Source of the DNA: Deinococcus radiodurans R1 = ATCC 13939 = DSM 20539
Lineage (GTDB): Bacteria > Deinococcota > Deinococci > Deinococcales > Deinococcaceae
DNA: 32,000 bases
Direction: 5' to 3'
Assembly: GCF_000008565.1 (NCBI RefSeq)
Contig: NC_001263.1
Coordinates: 1,124,929 to 1,156,928, forward strand
Of this stretch, positions 9,603 to 18,646 are shown in pieces. The notes below the pieces were generated by a model that saw only the letters and a list, made by a program, of their open reading frames with translations, did not search any database and was not told the origin of the DNA. Both the position numbers and the translations under genes were made by a program. Every line of letters begins with the position of its first letter. Positions within the stretch are counted from its first letter, which is position 1.

Positions 9603-11844
9603 GCCGGCCTGCCCACTGGCTGCTGGCGCCGCCCGCGAGTCGGGACGCTCTGCTGGCGACCATGCGCGAATGGCAGGTGTCGCCCCCAGTGGCGCAGGTG
9701 CTGTGCGGACGTGACCTGCGGACGGAGCTGCTCGCTCTCCCCCTAGAACTGACGCCCAACCCGGCGCTGCGTGAGGCCGCCAGCACATCGTGGCAGCGGT
9801 GCGCGAGGGAAAGCGCATCCGTATTCACGGTGACTACGACGCCGACGGGGTGAGTGCGACTGCGACTCTGGTGCTGGGCCTGCGCGCCATCGGGGCGAAT
9901 GTGCACGGGTTCATTCCCCACCGATTGAACGAGGGCTACGGGATTCATCCTGACCGGGTGCCTGAGCACGCCGCCGCTGCCGATCTGGTGGTCACGGTGG
10001 ACTGTGGGGTGTCCAACCTCGACGAGGTGAAGTCGCTGCTGGCAACGGGCACTGAGGTCGTGGTCACCGACCACCACGCGCCGGGCGAGAACTTTCCCGA
10101 ATGTTTGGTCGTCCACCCCCATCTGACGCCGGACTATGACCCCGACCGCCACAATCTGACCGGGGCCGGAGTCGCCTATCACCTGCTGTGGGCGGTGTAC
10201 GAGGAACTGGGGAGGCCCGAGCCGCGTGCATTGTTGCCGCTGGCGACGCTGGGCACGGTGGCCGACGTGGCGCCGCTGCTGGGTGAAAACCGTGCTCTGG
10301 TCCGCGCCGGGCTGGCCGAAATGGCCCGCACCGAGTTGCCCGGTCTGCGCGCCCTGATGAACGAAAAGCGCGTGCGGCAGCCTACGGCGCGTGACGTGGC
10401 CTTTATCCTCGCGCCGCGCATCAATGCGGCTGGGCGGATGGGGGAGGCGGACCGGGCGCTGGAGCTGCTGACCACGCCCAGCGACCACGAAGCGAAGAGC
10501 CTGGCCGCCTACCTGGAAATTCGCAACCAGGAGAGGCGCAAGATTCAGGACGATATGTTCGCGCAGGCGCTGCAACTCGCCGACCCGAACGACCCGGCGC
10601 TGGTGCTCACCCACGACGACTGGCATGCGGGCGTGATGGGCATCGTGGCGAGCAAGCTGGTGGAGACGTTCAACCGGCCCGTGTATATCGTCGCGCAGGG
10701 CAAAGGCTCGGTGCGCTCCACCCCCGGCATCAGTGCGGTGCAGGGCCTCCGCGAAAGCCGCGACCTCCTGGGGCGCTTCGGCGGGCACCCCGGCGCGGCG
10801 GGCTTTTCGCTGGACCCGCAGAATTTTGGCGCGCTGCGCGAGCGGATTCATGGGTATGTTCGGCAGTTTCCGACCCCGGTCCCGGCAGTGCGGCTAGATG
10901 CCCCGCTGCCTGTGGCGGCCCTGACCCCCGAGCTGCTGTCCGAGCTGAGCATTCTGGAACCCTTCGGCGAAGGCAACCCGCGCCCGCTGTGGCACCTGCG
11001 CGGGCCGCTGACTGACACCCGATTGGTGGGCAAGCAGGGCGACGTGCTGCAATTCCGGTTCGGTGGCGTCAAAGGCATGAAATACAGCGAACGCGACGAC
11101 GCTGCGGGCGAACGTGACGTGGCGGCAGAACTTGCCCTCAACGAGTGGAAGGGCCGGACCTCCCTGGAACTGCACGCGGCGGCGCTGCGCCCGCTGGCTC
11201 CCCTCGCGCTGGCAGGAACTGAGGAGGGGCTGCCCACCCTGCCCCGGCTCAATCCCCGTGAGGCGATGACCTTCCTGAAAACGGGCGCGGCGGCCTACGC
11301 CGAGCAGGGCGTCGCCACCTACCTGCGCGACAACGTACCGGGCCTCACCCTGCTGGACACGAACGCGCCGCACCCCGGCGGTGACCTGATCCTGTACGGT
11401 TTGCCCCCCGAGTCGGCCCTGCGCCGCTGGCTGCATGAGGCGCAGGAGCAGGGAGGCCGGGTGGCGTTTGCGCTGGGACCGAAGACGCTCGCAGAGCTCG
11501 ACGCTGCCCTGACGCTGGCGAAGCTGTTGCCTGACTCTCACACCGAGGCCGCGCAGGAAGCTGCCGCTGACGCTTACCGCAGCTGGCAGTGGGCGCACCA
11601 TTACCGCGTGCTGAACGACGCGGGGTGGAGCGCCTCGGTCTACGCGATGCTCGGGCTGCCTGTACCGGCAGCGCTCCCGAAGCGGCGGAAGCGCTGGCGC
11701 TCGCTGCGGGTTAAAGCCTCAGTTCGCCTTCCTGCTGCACGTTCAACCCCTGGGCGATTTCGTGTGAGGCTTCCTGCCGTTCGCGGTCGAGGTAGTGCTG
11801 CGCCTGTCCCACTTCCTTATCGAGCACGCGAATGGTTTCACTGA
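9599..11844 (+). CDS. recJ: Single-stranded-DNA-specific 5'-3' exonuclease RecJ, interrupted in this sequence by apparent 1-nt omissions near 9780 and near 11678 (probable true stop at 11712-11714)
   Basis: The main ORF 9790..11844 has the DHH motifs (RIRIHGDYDADGVSATA, VTVDCG, VVVTDHH), a DHHA1 domain (GGHPGAAGFS) and an OB-fold region. The upstream ORF 9599..9853 encodes the canonical RecJ N-terminus (W..L..P....V.P..A...C.R......L.LPLEL.P.P.LREAA) in another frame. The last ~45 codons of the track ORF are antisense to telA and have poor third-position GC. Confidence 0.9.
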
Positions 11845-12925
11845 AGCGCTCGAGCGCCTGCTGGCGGTAGCTGCTGATGCTGTCGAGGGCACCGTACACC
11901 TCGCGGAAGGCGTTCTGGATGATTTGCGGGTCCACCGTGGCGCTCCCCGCCTGCTGCTGGATGGTGGTGGACTGCTGGCGCAGGAGCTGCGCGGTGGAGG
12001 AAATCATCTTGCCGGTGGTGTCGTTGACCGCCGTAACTTGCCCCAGCACCGCCTGCTGCGTGCCGAGCGCCTGCGAGACCATCAGTGCGGTCTTGAGGGC
12101 ACTCACGGTGGTCGTCGTGGCGCGGTCCACCCCCTTGATAAGTTCCATGTTGTTGCGCCGCACGAGGTCGAGGGCGAGGTAGCCCTGAATGCTTACGGCG
12201 AGCTGCGTCATCAGGTCGGTTACGCGCTGGCGCACGGCAAAGAGCAGTTCCTCGGACACGACGCGGGCCTTTTCGGGGTCGGTCTGCGCGAGTTGCGTGA
12301 GCTGCGCGGTCAGCGCCTCGTCCACTGCTTTGCCGACGTGGGCGTACTGGCGCAGCTTCTGCATCGTTTCCCAGAGGTGGACTTTTTCAGTCTCGATGAC
12401 CGCGTTGTCGCGCCGCAGCTCGTCCTGGCCCCGGTAGAGCGATTCCAGAATGCCGTTGAGGTGACTCTGCGCCGACTGGTATTTGTCCAGATGGTTCTGA
12501 ACCTTTTTGGCGCCCGGCAGCAGCCCAAAGAGGCGGCGCGGCGTGGGCGTGCGGCTGGGGTCAAGGTCTTCGACTGTGCGGCGCAGGTCGGTCAGGCCCC
12601 GCAGGATGTCACTGCCCTCGGCGAGCGCCCCGGCGCGGGTGGCGCGCAGCGGGCGGTCGAGCATCCGGTTGCTGCTCTGAGCGGCGGCGCGCTGCTCGGG
12701 GAGGCCGAGGTCATGCACGGCGTCGAGCTTGCGGCGAAACTCGGGCGAGTTGGTGCCAGCCACCAGCACGTCCTCGGCAAAGGCGCGGGCCATGCCGTCG
12801 AGCCGCACGCGGTCTTCGGGCGAGAGCGGCACCATCTCGGGGGCGTCTTGCGCCTGTACGCTCGGCACCGCCTCCGGGGCCTGAAGCAGGGCGTCGGGCG
12901 GGGTCAGCATCGGCTTGTCGGTCAT
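11711..12925 (-). CDS. telA: Toxic anion resistance protein (TelA family)
   Basis: The sequence is helical and of TelA length and pattern (LDP...LFGLLPGAKKVQNHLDKYQSAQSHLNGILESLYRGQDELRRDNA.IE.EK..LW). ATG 12925 (MTDKPMLTPP) is preferred over the track start at 13033, which would overlap the upstream gene. Confidence 0.8.
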   Translation of the reverse strand: MTDKPMLTPPDALLQAPEAVPSVQAQDAPEMVPLSPEDRVRLDGMARAFAEDVLVAGTNSPEFRRKLDAVHDLGLPEQRAAAQSSNRMLDRPLRATRAGALAEGSDILRGLTDLRRTVEDLDPSRTPTPRRLFGLLPGAKKVQNHLDKYQSAQSHLNGILESLYRGQDELRRDNAVIETEKVHLWETMQKLRQYAHVGKAVDEALTAQLTQLAQTDPEKARVVSEELLFAVRQRVTDLMTQLAVSIQGYLALDLVRRNNMELIKGVDRATTTTVSALKTALMVSQALGTQQAVLGQVTAVNDTTGKMISSTAQLLRQQSTTIQQQAGSATVDPQIIQNAFREVYGALDSISSYRQQALERFSETIRVLDKEVGQAQHYLDRERQEASHEIAQGLNVQQEGELRL

Positions 12926-12989
12926 GCTTCCATTACGCGCCCAGGAGCTGAGAGGTTGCATCAGGCAAAAGGTGGAGGGGCCGTCAGGA

Positions 12990-13694
12990 TTACTTGCGCG
13001 CCTTTGCTCCTTTTCCCCGCGCTTCCAAAACACTGCCGACCTGCAAACACCACAGGAAGAGCAAGGCGCAAATCAGCGAAAAAAGGCCCCACAGTCCCAC
13101 CAGGCTGACCGGGACGCCGCGCCGCAAGACGGCCAGCGTCGGCATGATGGGATTGACATAGGCCGTGGTCATTAGCTTCCCGGTCTGCGGGTCCCTCTCG
13201 CCGGCCTGAAGCTCTTGCCAGAGCGGCTTCCCGCAGTTGTTCAGATTATCGTTGCTGAAAGGAGGCGGCAGCACACGCGAACTGCTGTATTCGCGGCCCT
13301 CAAAGGTGTAGGTGTAGTGGATACCCCAGACAGGTGGCCCACCCGCGACCTTGCCACACGGCCTCGGCGCAAAAAGAGTGATGTGGGCAGGCACGGGCCG
13401 GTAAGCGTAGGATGCGAGGGCGCTCGGCAGACCCGGAATCCAGACGAGCCCGAAAATGAGGGTACTCGCCCAGCCAATCGTCAGAGTGTAAACCAACGTG
13501 AAGGTCGCAATACTGCCCCAGCGGCGGTAGGTCTGCTGCTCGGCGGGAGAAAGCTGCTGCACGGTGGGGGGCAGGTCCTCAAGTTGGCGCCGGGCGTGTT
13601 TCTCAGCCGCTGCCCGCGCCCGCGCCTCATCCTGCTGGCGGCACAATTCCTGCCATTCTTGCAGGTCCTTTGTTTTCCGCTCAGGCTGGGGCAT
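12990..13694 (-). CDS. Membrane protein, DUF3592-like architecture (cytoplasmic charged N-terminus, 2 TM helices, beta-rich loop domain, C-terminal TM)
   Basis: 234-aa ORF. The TM segments are IATFTLVYTLTIGWASTLIFGLVWIPGL and VSLVGLWGLFSLICALLFLWCL, flanking a ~100-aa Y/T/G-rich domain. Third-position GC is high. The family assignment is from memory of the architecture only. Confidence 0.55.
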   Translation of the reverse strand: MPQPERKTKDLQEWQELCRQQDEARARAAAEKHARRQLEDLPPTVQQLSPAEQQTYRRWGSIATFTLVYTLTIGWASTLIFGLVWIPGLPSALASYAYRPVPAHITLFAPRPCGKVAGGPPVWGIHYTYTFEGREYSSSRVLPPPFSNDNLNNCGKPLWQELQAGERDPQTGKLMTTAYVNPIMPTLAVLRRGVPVSLVGLWGLFSLICALLFLWCLQVGSVLEARGKGAKARK

Positions 13695-13702
13695 GGGTCA
13701 GT

Positions 13703-14314
13703 TTAGTGCCGGCACCCCCGCATCCCCGCCGGAATCTCAAAGCTCGCGCTGGCCCGCTGCGTGGGGTCGGCGTTCAGGGTCGCCTTGATTTTGACCCAGC
13801 CGCGCTTTTCCAGGCAGGGAGGCACATAAAACCCTGTTTTGGCGTCAATGCGGCCCAGGTTCGGCGGGTTGAGGCTCCACGTTACTCCCTGGCGCACGAT
13901 TTCGGGTGGGGCGTCCAGATACAGGCCGAAGGGGTGCCCGTATCCCGTCAGCCGGAACCCACGCACGGCGGGTGCGTCAGCTTTGGGCTGGAGAATGAAA
14001 TTCACCTTCTGCGTGATGGGGTGACAGCCGTCAGGCGTGCGCGGCACTTTGATGCCCGTCTTCCCGGCGGGCTGATAATTGGGCGCACTTACGCGGACGC
14101 TGAGGCCGTCTTTGCCGCGCTCGGTGTGGATGGATGCGCCCGTGAGCTGCAAGCCGCGTTCGTTGCGGACAGTGACGTTCAGTTCGGGGATACCGACGGC
14201 GGTGCAAGCACGGACAGGGGGCGCTTTGGTGGGCTGACCGGACGATGAAAAGCCCCCGCCCGACACTTCATCAGGCAGGGGAGAACAGCCGGGCATTTCA
14301 CCCTTATCCATCAA
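13703..14314 (-). CDS. Hypothetical protein (beta-rich, Cys-containing, no recognisable signal peptide)
   Basis: 203-aa ORF with high third-position GC, lying 20 nt after the hemY stop. The start is TTG 14314 or ATG 14311. An upstream in-frame stop leaves no room for a leader peptide. Confidence 0.5.
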   Translation of the reverse strand: MMDKGEMPGCSPLPDEVSGGGFSSSGQPTKAPPVRACTAVGIPELNVTVRNERGLQLTGASIHTERGKDGLSVRVSAPNYQPAGKTGIKVPRTPDGCHPITQKVNFILQPKADAPAVRGFRLTGYGHPFGLYLDAPPEIVRQGVTWSLNPPNLGRIDAKTGFYVPPCLEKRGWVKIKATLNADPTQRASASFEIPAGMRGCRH

Positions 14315-14334
14315 CCATCAGCGCAGCGGAACCC

Positions 14335-15684
14335 TCACCCATCCACGCCCAGCGCGGCAACCACATCCCGCGCCGCCGTCCGGCCCGCGTTCACGCAGTC
14401 GGGAATGCCGACGCCCGTGTAACTCGACCCCGCCACCTGAATATTCGGCGGCAGCGCGGCGCGGATGCGGGCGATGTGGTCCAGGTGCCCCACCTGATAC
14501 GCCGGATTCTTGCCCCGCCAGTCGGCATAGGCGTGCCAGAGCGGATCGCCCTGCGCGCCGAACAGCCGGGCGACTTCGTGAACCGCCTCGGCCAGGGCTT
14601 TTTGCGGGTCCAGGTCCTTGAAAAAGACCCGCAGCAGCACGTGTCCCTCGGGCGCGCGGCCATGCAGCTTGGCCGAGTGGACGGTGATGGCTTTCATCTC
14701 TATGCCCTCGTCGGCGGCGACTTGGAGCCCGTGCAGGTGCATGTCGCGGGGAAACTGCCCCTCACGGTAGGCGAGGATAACGGCCACCGAGCCGTTCGTC
14801 TGCAGCTCGCCCACCAGCGCGGACGCTGCGGGGAAACTCTGACCCAGCGTTGGCGCGGCGACCCAGGCGGGAGCCGTTAAAACAACGCCGCTTGCCGCAA
14901 TTTTTTCGCCGCCGGTTAGGGTTACGCCGTCCGGGTGAACGGCCAGCACGGGCGTATTCAGCCGCACGTCGCCGGTCAGCTTGGCGGCCACCGCGTTCGC
15001 CAGGGTGGACATGCCGTCCTTGAACGACCCGAAAATCGGCCCCTGGGCACGGGGCGTGGCGCGGCTGCCCTTGATGACGCTGCCATATTTCTGCTCCAGC
15101 GCGAGAAACTGCGGAAACGCTGCTTTCATGCTGAGTTCAAAGGGATTGGCGACGTAAATGCCAGCCGCCAGCGGCACGATGAAATTCATTGCCTCCGCCC
15201 CGAAGCGCCGGATGATGAAGTCGGCGAGCGACTCGTCCTCGTCGGTGTTTTCTTTGGGCGGCACGTTCTGCTCGTCGAGCATCCGGCGCAGACCCTCCGG
15301 CGAGAGGACGCCGCTTTGCAGAAACGACTCGTCGTCGAGCGGCACGAACATTTTCAGGTTCTGCGGAAAGTCGAGCAGCTCGCCGCCGCGCAGGAAATAC
15401 AGCTTTTTGGTCTCCGCGCGCGGGTGAATAAGTTCGTCTTGCAGCCCGACTTCCTGCGCGAGTTGCAGCGCCCAGGGCTTGCCGAGGATGAAGGCGTCGG
15501 CGGCCTTTTCCACCAGAAATTCGTCCTCCGTGCGCTCGCTCTGTACCTTGCCGCCGAAAGAGTCTCCCGCTTCGAGCAGGACATACGGCACGCCCCTCTG
15601 TTGCAGCTCCCAGGCGGCGGCGAGGCCGGTCATGCCCGCGCCGACGACGATGATGGGTAGGGTATGGGCGTTAGGGTTGGTCAT
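14335..15684 (-). CDS. hemY: Protoporphyrinogen/coproporphyrinogen III oxidase (HemY/CgoX type, FAD-dependent)
   Basis: It has an FAD Rossmann motif IIVVGAGMTGLAAAWELQQRG...LEAGDSFGGK. The C-terminus reads AGSSYTGVGIPDCVNAGRTAA. ATG 15684 (MTNPNAHTLP) is preferred because it lies 10 nt after the hemH stop behind a G-rich RBS. Confidence 0.88.
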   Translation of the reverse strand: MTNPNAHTLPIIVVGAGMTGLAAAWELQQRGVPYVLLEAGDSFGGKVQSERTEDEFLVEKAADAFILGKPWALQLAQEVGLQDELIHPRAETKKLYFLRGGELLDFPQNLKMFVPLDDESFLQSGVLSPEGLRRMLDEQNVPPKENTDEDESLADFIIRRFGAEAMNFIVPLAAGIYVANPFELSMKAAFPQFLALEQKYGSVIKGSRATPRAQGPIFGSFKDGMSTLANAVAAKLTGDVRLNTPVLAVHPDGVTLTGGEKIAASGVVLTAPAWVAAPTLGQSFPAASALVGELQTNGSVAVILAYREGQFPRDMHLHGLQVAADEGIEMKAITVHSAKLHGRAPEGHVLLRVFFKDLDPQKALAEAVHEVARLFGAQGDPLWHAYADWRGKNPAYQVGHLDHIARIRAALPPNIQVAGSSYTGVGIPDCVNAGRTAARDVVAALGVDG

Positions 15685-15694
15685 CGGCCCCCCC

Positions 15695-16645
15695 TCACGC
15701 CACCTCAGCCGCCTTACGCTCAATCACGCTCGCCAGAGTCCCGATAAACAGCGGGTCGGTGTTCAGCGCGGGCGGGCGCACCAGCGTCATGCCGAGTTCG
15801 TGGGCGACTTCCTGCGCGGCGATGTCGATGTCGAACAGGATTTCCACGTGGTCGGACACGAAACCGATGGCGATGCTCACGACCTTTTTGATGCCCTGCT
15901 CGTTCAGGTCGCGCAGGTGCTCGTCGAGCTGCGGCCCCAGCCAGGGCTCGGGGCTGCGGCCCGCCGACTGGTAGCTCCACGACCACTGCTCATCGGTCAA
16001 GCCCGCCTGCGCCGCCACCAGGCGCGCCGTCTCGTGGAGCTGGTCAGCGTAGGGGTCGCCCTCCTTGATAATCCGGACCGGCAAGCTGTGGGCTGAAAGA
16101 ATCACGTGCACGTCGTCGCGCTCGTCCTCCGGAAACTCCTGAATGCCTATCCGGACGCGGTCAGCGAGCGCAGTGATGTAACCGGGCTCGGTGTGGTAGT
16201 TGTCGATATAGGCAAAATCGATGTGACCGTGGTTCATTTCCAGCGCGGCCTTGATTTTTTTCTGGTACTTGGCGACGCTCAGGCTGGAATACTGCGGCGC
16301 CAGCACGATGGCGATGGCCTGCTCGATGCCGTCGTCGAGCATCTCGCGCACGGCGTCCTCGATCCAGGGCGACCAGTGGCGCATCCCGATGTAGGCCTTC
16401 AGGGGCCGCCCGGTGCTGGCGAGTTGCTCCATAGTGGCTTCCACCTGGGCGCGGGTAAATTCGGGCAGCGGCGACTTACCCCCGATCAGGCGGTAGTTGT
16501 TGGTGATTTCGTCCAGAATCGCCTGCGAGGTCACGCGCCCGGCGCGGATGTCAGCGAGGTAGCCGGGCATCTCGCCCAGGTTTTCCGGGCCACCGTAGGC
16601 CATGAAGAGGACGCCGAGGGGTTTTTGGTTGGTGAGGGTGGTCAT
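15695..16645 (-). CDS. hemH: Ferrochelatase (coproporphyrin ferrochelatase CpfC type)
   Basis: Motifs include GVLFMAYGGPENL, LIGGKSPL, ILSAHSLP and IGFVSDHVEILFDID. ATG 16645 has an AAAGGAG RBS, and the upstream track extension is not needed. Confidence 0.9.
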   Translation of the reverse strand: MTTLTNQKPLGVLFMAYGGPENLGEMPGYLADIRAGRVTSQAILDEITNNYRLIGGKSPLPEFTRAQVEATMEQLASTGRPLKAYIGMRHWSPWIEDAVREMLDDGIEQAIAIVLAPQYSSLSVAKYQKKIKAALEMNHGHIDFAYIDNYHTEPGYITALADRVRIGIQEFPEDERDDVHVILSAHSLPVRIIKEGDPYADQLHETARLVAAQAGLTDEQWSWSYQSAGRSPEPWLGPQLDEHLRDLNEQGIKKVVSIAIGFVSDHVEILFDIDIAAQEVAHELGMTLVRPPALNTDPLFIGTLASVIERKAAEVA

Positions 16646-16657
16646 GGTTGCTCCTTT

Positions 16658-16745
16658 AAAAGACCCCTCACCCTTCCGCCGCTTTGCGGCTCCCTCCCTC
16701 TCCCCTGGGGAGAGGGCCTTGCGCAGCAAGGGGTGAGGGGTCTTT
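16658..16745. repeat. 88-bp nested palindromic intergenic element (possible small non-coding repeat / terminator-like structure) between ilvD and hemH
   Basis: The outer perfect 15-bp arms are AAAGACCCCTCACCC (16659-16673) and GGGTGAGGGGTCTTT (16731-16745). An inner palindrome CCCTCTCCCC-T-GGGGAGAGGG lies at ~16696-16716. A related TAAAAGACCCC string recurs at ~18623 in the hemE-ilvD spacer. Confidence 0.6.
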
Positions 16746-16748
16746 GCG

Positions 16749-18572
16749 TCAGATATTCCGCACCGCGCCCCGCGAAGCGCTCGTCGTCATAGACGCATAG
16801 GCGCGTAGGGCAGCGGTGATTTTGCGGGGCCGGGGTTCGGCGGGGTGCCAGCCTTCTTCCTCGCGCTTCTGGCGGCGGGCGGCGAGTTCAGCGTCCGGCA
16901 CGGCGAGGTGAATGGTGCGGTTCGGGATGTCGATTTCGATGAGGTCGCCCGTCTCGACCAGGCCGATGGTGCCGCCCTCCGCCGCCTCGGGCGAGACGTG
17001 GCCGATGCTCAGGCCGCTGCTGCCGCCCGAGAAACGACCGTCGGTGACCAGCGCGCAGGCTTTGCCCAGCCCCTTGGACTTGAGGTAGCTCGTCGGGTAG
17101 AGCATTTCCTGCATGCCGGGGCCACCGCGTGGGCCTTCGTAGCGAATCAGCACGACCTCGCCTTCCTTGACTTCGCCGCTGAGGATGGCGTCCACCGAGG
17201 CGTCTTGCGACTCGAAAACGCGCGCCGGGCCGCTGAACTTCAGGATGGATTCGTCCACGCCCGCCGTCTTGACGATGCAGCCGTCTTCGGCGAGGTTGCC
17301 GTACAGCACCGCCAGCCCGCCGTCCTGCGAGAAAGCGTGCTCGGCGCTGCGAATGACGCCTGCTTCCCGGTCGGTGTCGAGTTCGCGGTAACGGCGCGAC
17401 TGCGAGAAGGCGAAGACGGTGGGAATGCCGCCGGGCGCGGCGCGGTAGAACTCGTGGTGGTTCTCATTGCGGACCACGTCCCACTCGTTCAGGGCGGCGC
17501 TCATGCTGGGGGCGTGTACGGTGCTCACGTCGGTCTTCAGCAGCCCGGCGCGGTCAAGCTCGCCCAGAATGCCCATGATGCCCCCAGCGCGGTGCACGTC
17601 TTCCATGTGCACGTCGTTCTTGGCGGGCGCCACCTTGCACAGCACCGGCACCCGCCGCGAGAGCTGGTCGATGTCCTGCATGGTGAAATCCACCCCGGCC
17701 TCGTGCGCGGCGGCCAGCAGGTGCAGCACCGTATTGGTCGAGCCGCCCATCGAGATGTCGAGGGTCATGGCGTTCTCGAAGGCGTCGTAGGTGGCGACAC
17801 TGCGCGGCAGCACGCTCTCGTCATCGCCCTCGTAGTAGCGCTTGGCGAGGTCCACGATCAGGTGCCCGGCGCGCTTGAACAGGTTCTGGCGGTCGGAGTG
17901 GGTCGCCAGCACCGAGCCGTTGCCCGGCAGCGAGAGGCCCAGCGCCTCCGTCAGGCAGTTCATCGAGTTGGCGGTGAACATGCCCGAGCACGAGCCGCAG
18001 GTGGGGCAGGCCGAGCGCTCCACCAGTTCGATGTCTTCCTCGCTCACGCTGTCGTCGGCGGCCATCACCATTGCGTCCACCAGGTCCAGCGCGTGCTCGC
18101 CGTCACCGAGCTTGACCTTGCCCGCTTCCATCGGCCCGCCCGAGACGAACACGGTGGGGATATTGAGGCGCAGCGCGGCCATCAGCATGCCGGGGGTAAT
18201 CTTGTCGCAGTTGGAGATGCAAACCATCGCGTCGGCGCAGTGGGCGTTGACCATGTACTCCACGCTGTCGGCGATGATTTCGCGGCTGGGCAGTGAGTAG
18301 AGCATCCCGTCGTGGCCCATGGCGATGCCGTCGTCCACGGCGATGGTGTTGAACTCCTTCGCCACGCCGCCCGCCGCCGCGATTTCACCCGCGACGAGTT
18401 GCCCGAGGTCCTTGAGGTGCACGTGCCCCGGCACGAACTGGGTGAACGAGTTGACCACCGCGATGATCGGCTTCTGGAAATCGCCGTCGGTCATGCCGGT
18501 GGCGCGCCACAGGGCACGGGCGCCGGCCATATTACGGCCCTCGGTGGTGGTTCTGGAACGGTAAGTCGGCAT
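16749..18572 (-). CDS. ilvD: Dihydroxy-acid dehydratase
   Basis: 607-aa ORF. The N-terminus is [26 protein letters not shown]. It has [11 protein letters not shown], the Fe-S cluster Cys region [17 protein letters not shown], and [25 protein letters not shown]. Confidence 0.96.
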   Translation of the reverse strand: MPTYRSRTTTEGRNMAGARALWRATGMTDGDFQKPIIAVVNSFTQFVPGHVHLKDLGQLVAGEIAAAGGVAKEFNTIAVDDGIAMGHDGMLYSLPSREIIADSVEYMVNAHCADAMVCISNCDKITPGMLMAALRLNIPTVFVSGGPMEAGKVKLGDGEHALDLVDAMVMAADDSVSEEDIELVERSACPTCGSCSGMFTANSMNCLTEALGLSLPGNGSVLATHSDRQNLFKRAGHLIVDLAKRYYEGDDESVLPRSVATYDAFENAMTLDISMGGSTNTVLHLLAAAHEAGVDFTMQDIDQLSRRVPVLCKVAPAKNDVHMEDVHRAGGIMGILGELDRAGLLKTDVSTVHAPSMSAALNEWDVVRNENHHEFYRAAPGGIPTVFAFSQSRRYRELDTDREAGVIRSAEHAFSQDGGLAVLYGNLAEDGCIVKTAGVDESILKFSGPARVFESQDASVDAILSGEVKEGEVVLIRYEGPRGGPGMQEMLYPTSYLKSKGLGKACALVTDGRFSGGSSGLSIGHVSPEAAEGGTIGLVETGDLIEIDIPNRTIHLAVPDAELAARRQKREEEGWHPAEPRPRKITAALRAYASMTTSASRGAVRNI

Positions 18573-18646
18573 GGGGTATTTTCCGCCCTTCGGGGAAGCG
18601 AAATGAGAGGAGTGTCTAAAAGACCCCCGTTTACAGCGGCGGCTGT

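Noticed and set aside
9520-10851. 443-aa - ORF
   Set aside because: It is antisense to recJ. It has low-complexity Arg/Gly/Ala/His composition, and the opposite strand has unmistakable DHH/DHHA1 motifs.
12181-12215. RDRM-like string TTACGGCGAGCTGCGTCA inside telA
   Set aside because: It violates conserved positions of both half-sites and lies in the middle of a coding region. The only convincing RDRM is at 28046-28062.
11795-13108. 437-aa + ORF
   Set aside because: It is antisense to telA and the DUF3592-like gene and has no motifs, so it is a shadow ORF.
16845-18296. 483-aa + ORF
   Set aside because: It is antisense to ilvD, so it is a shadow ORF.
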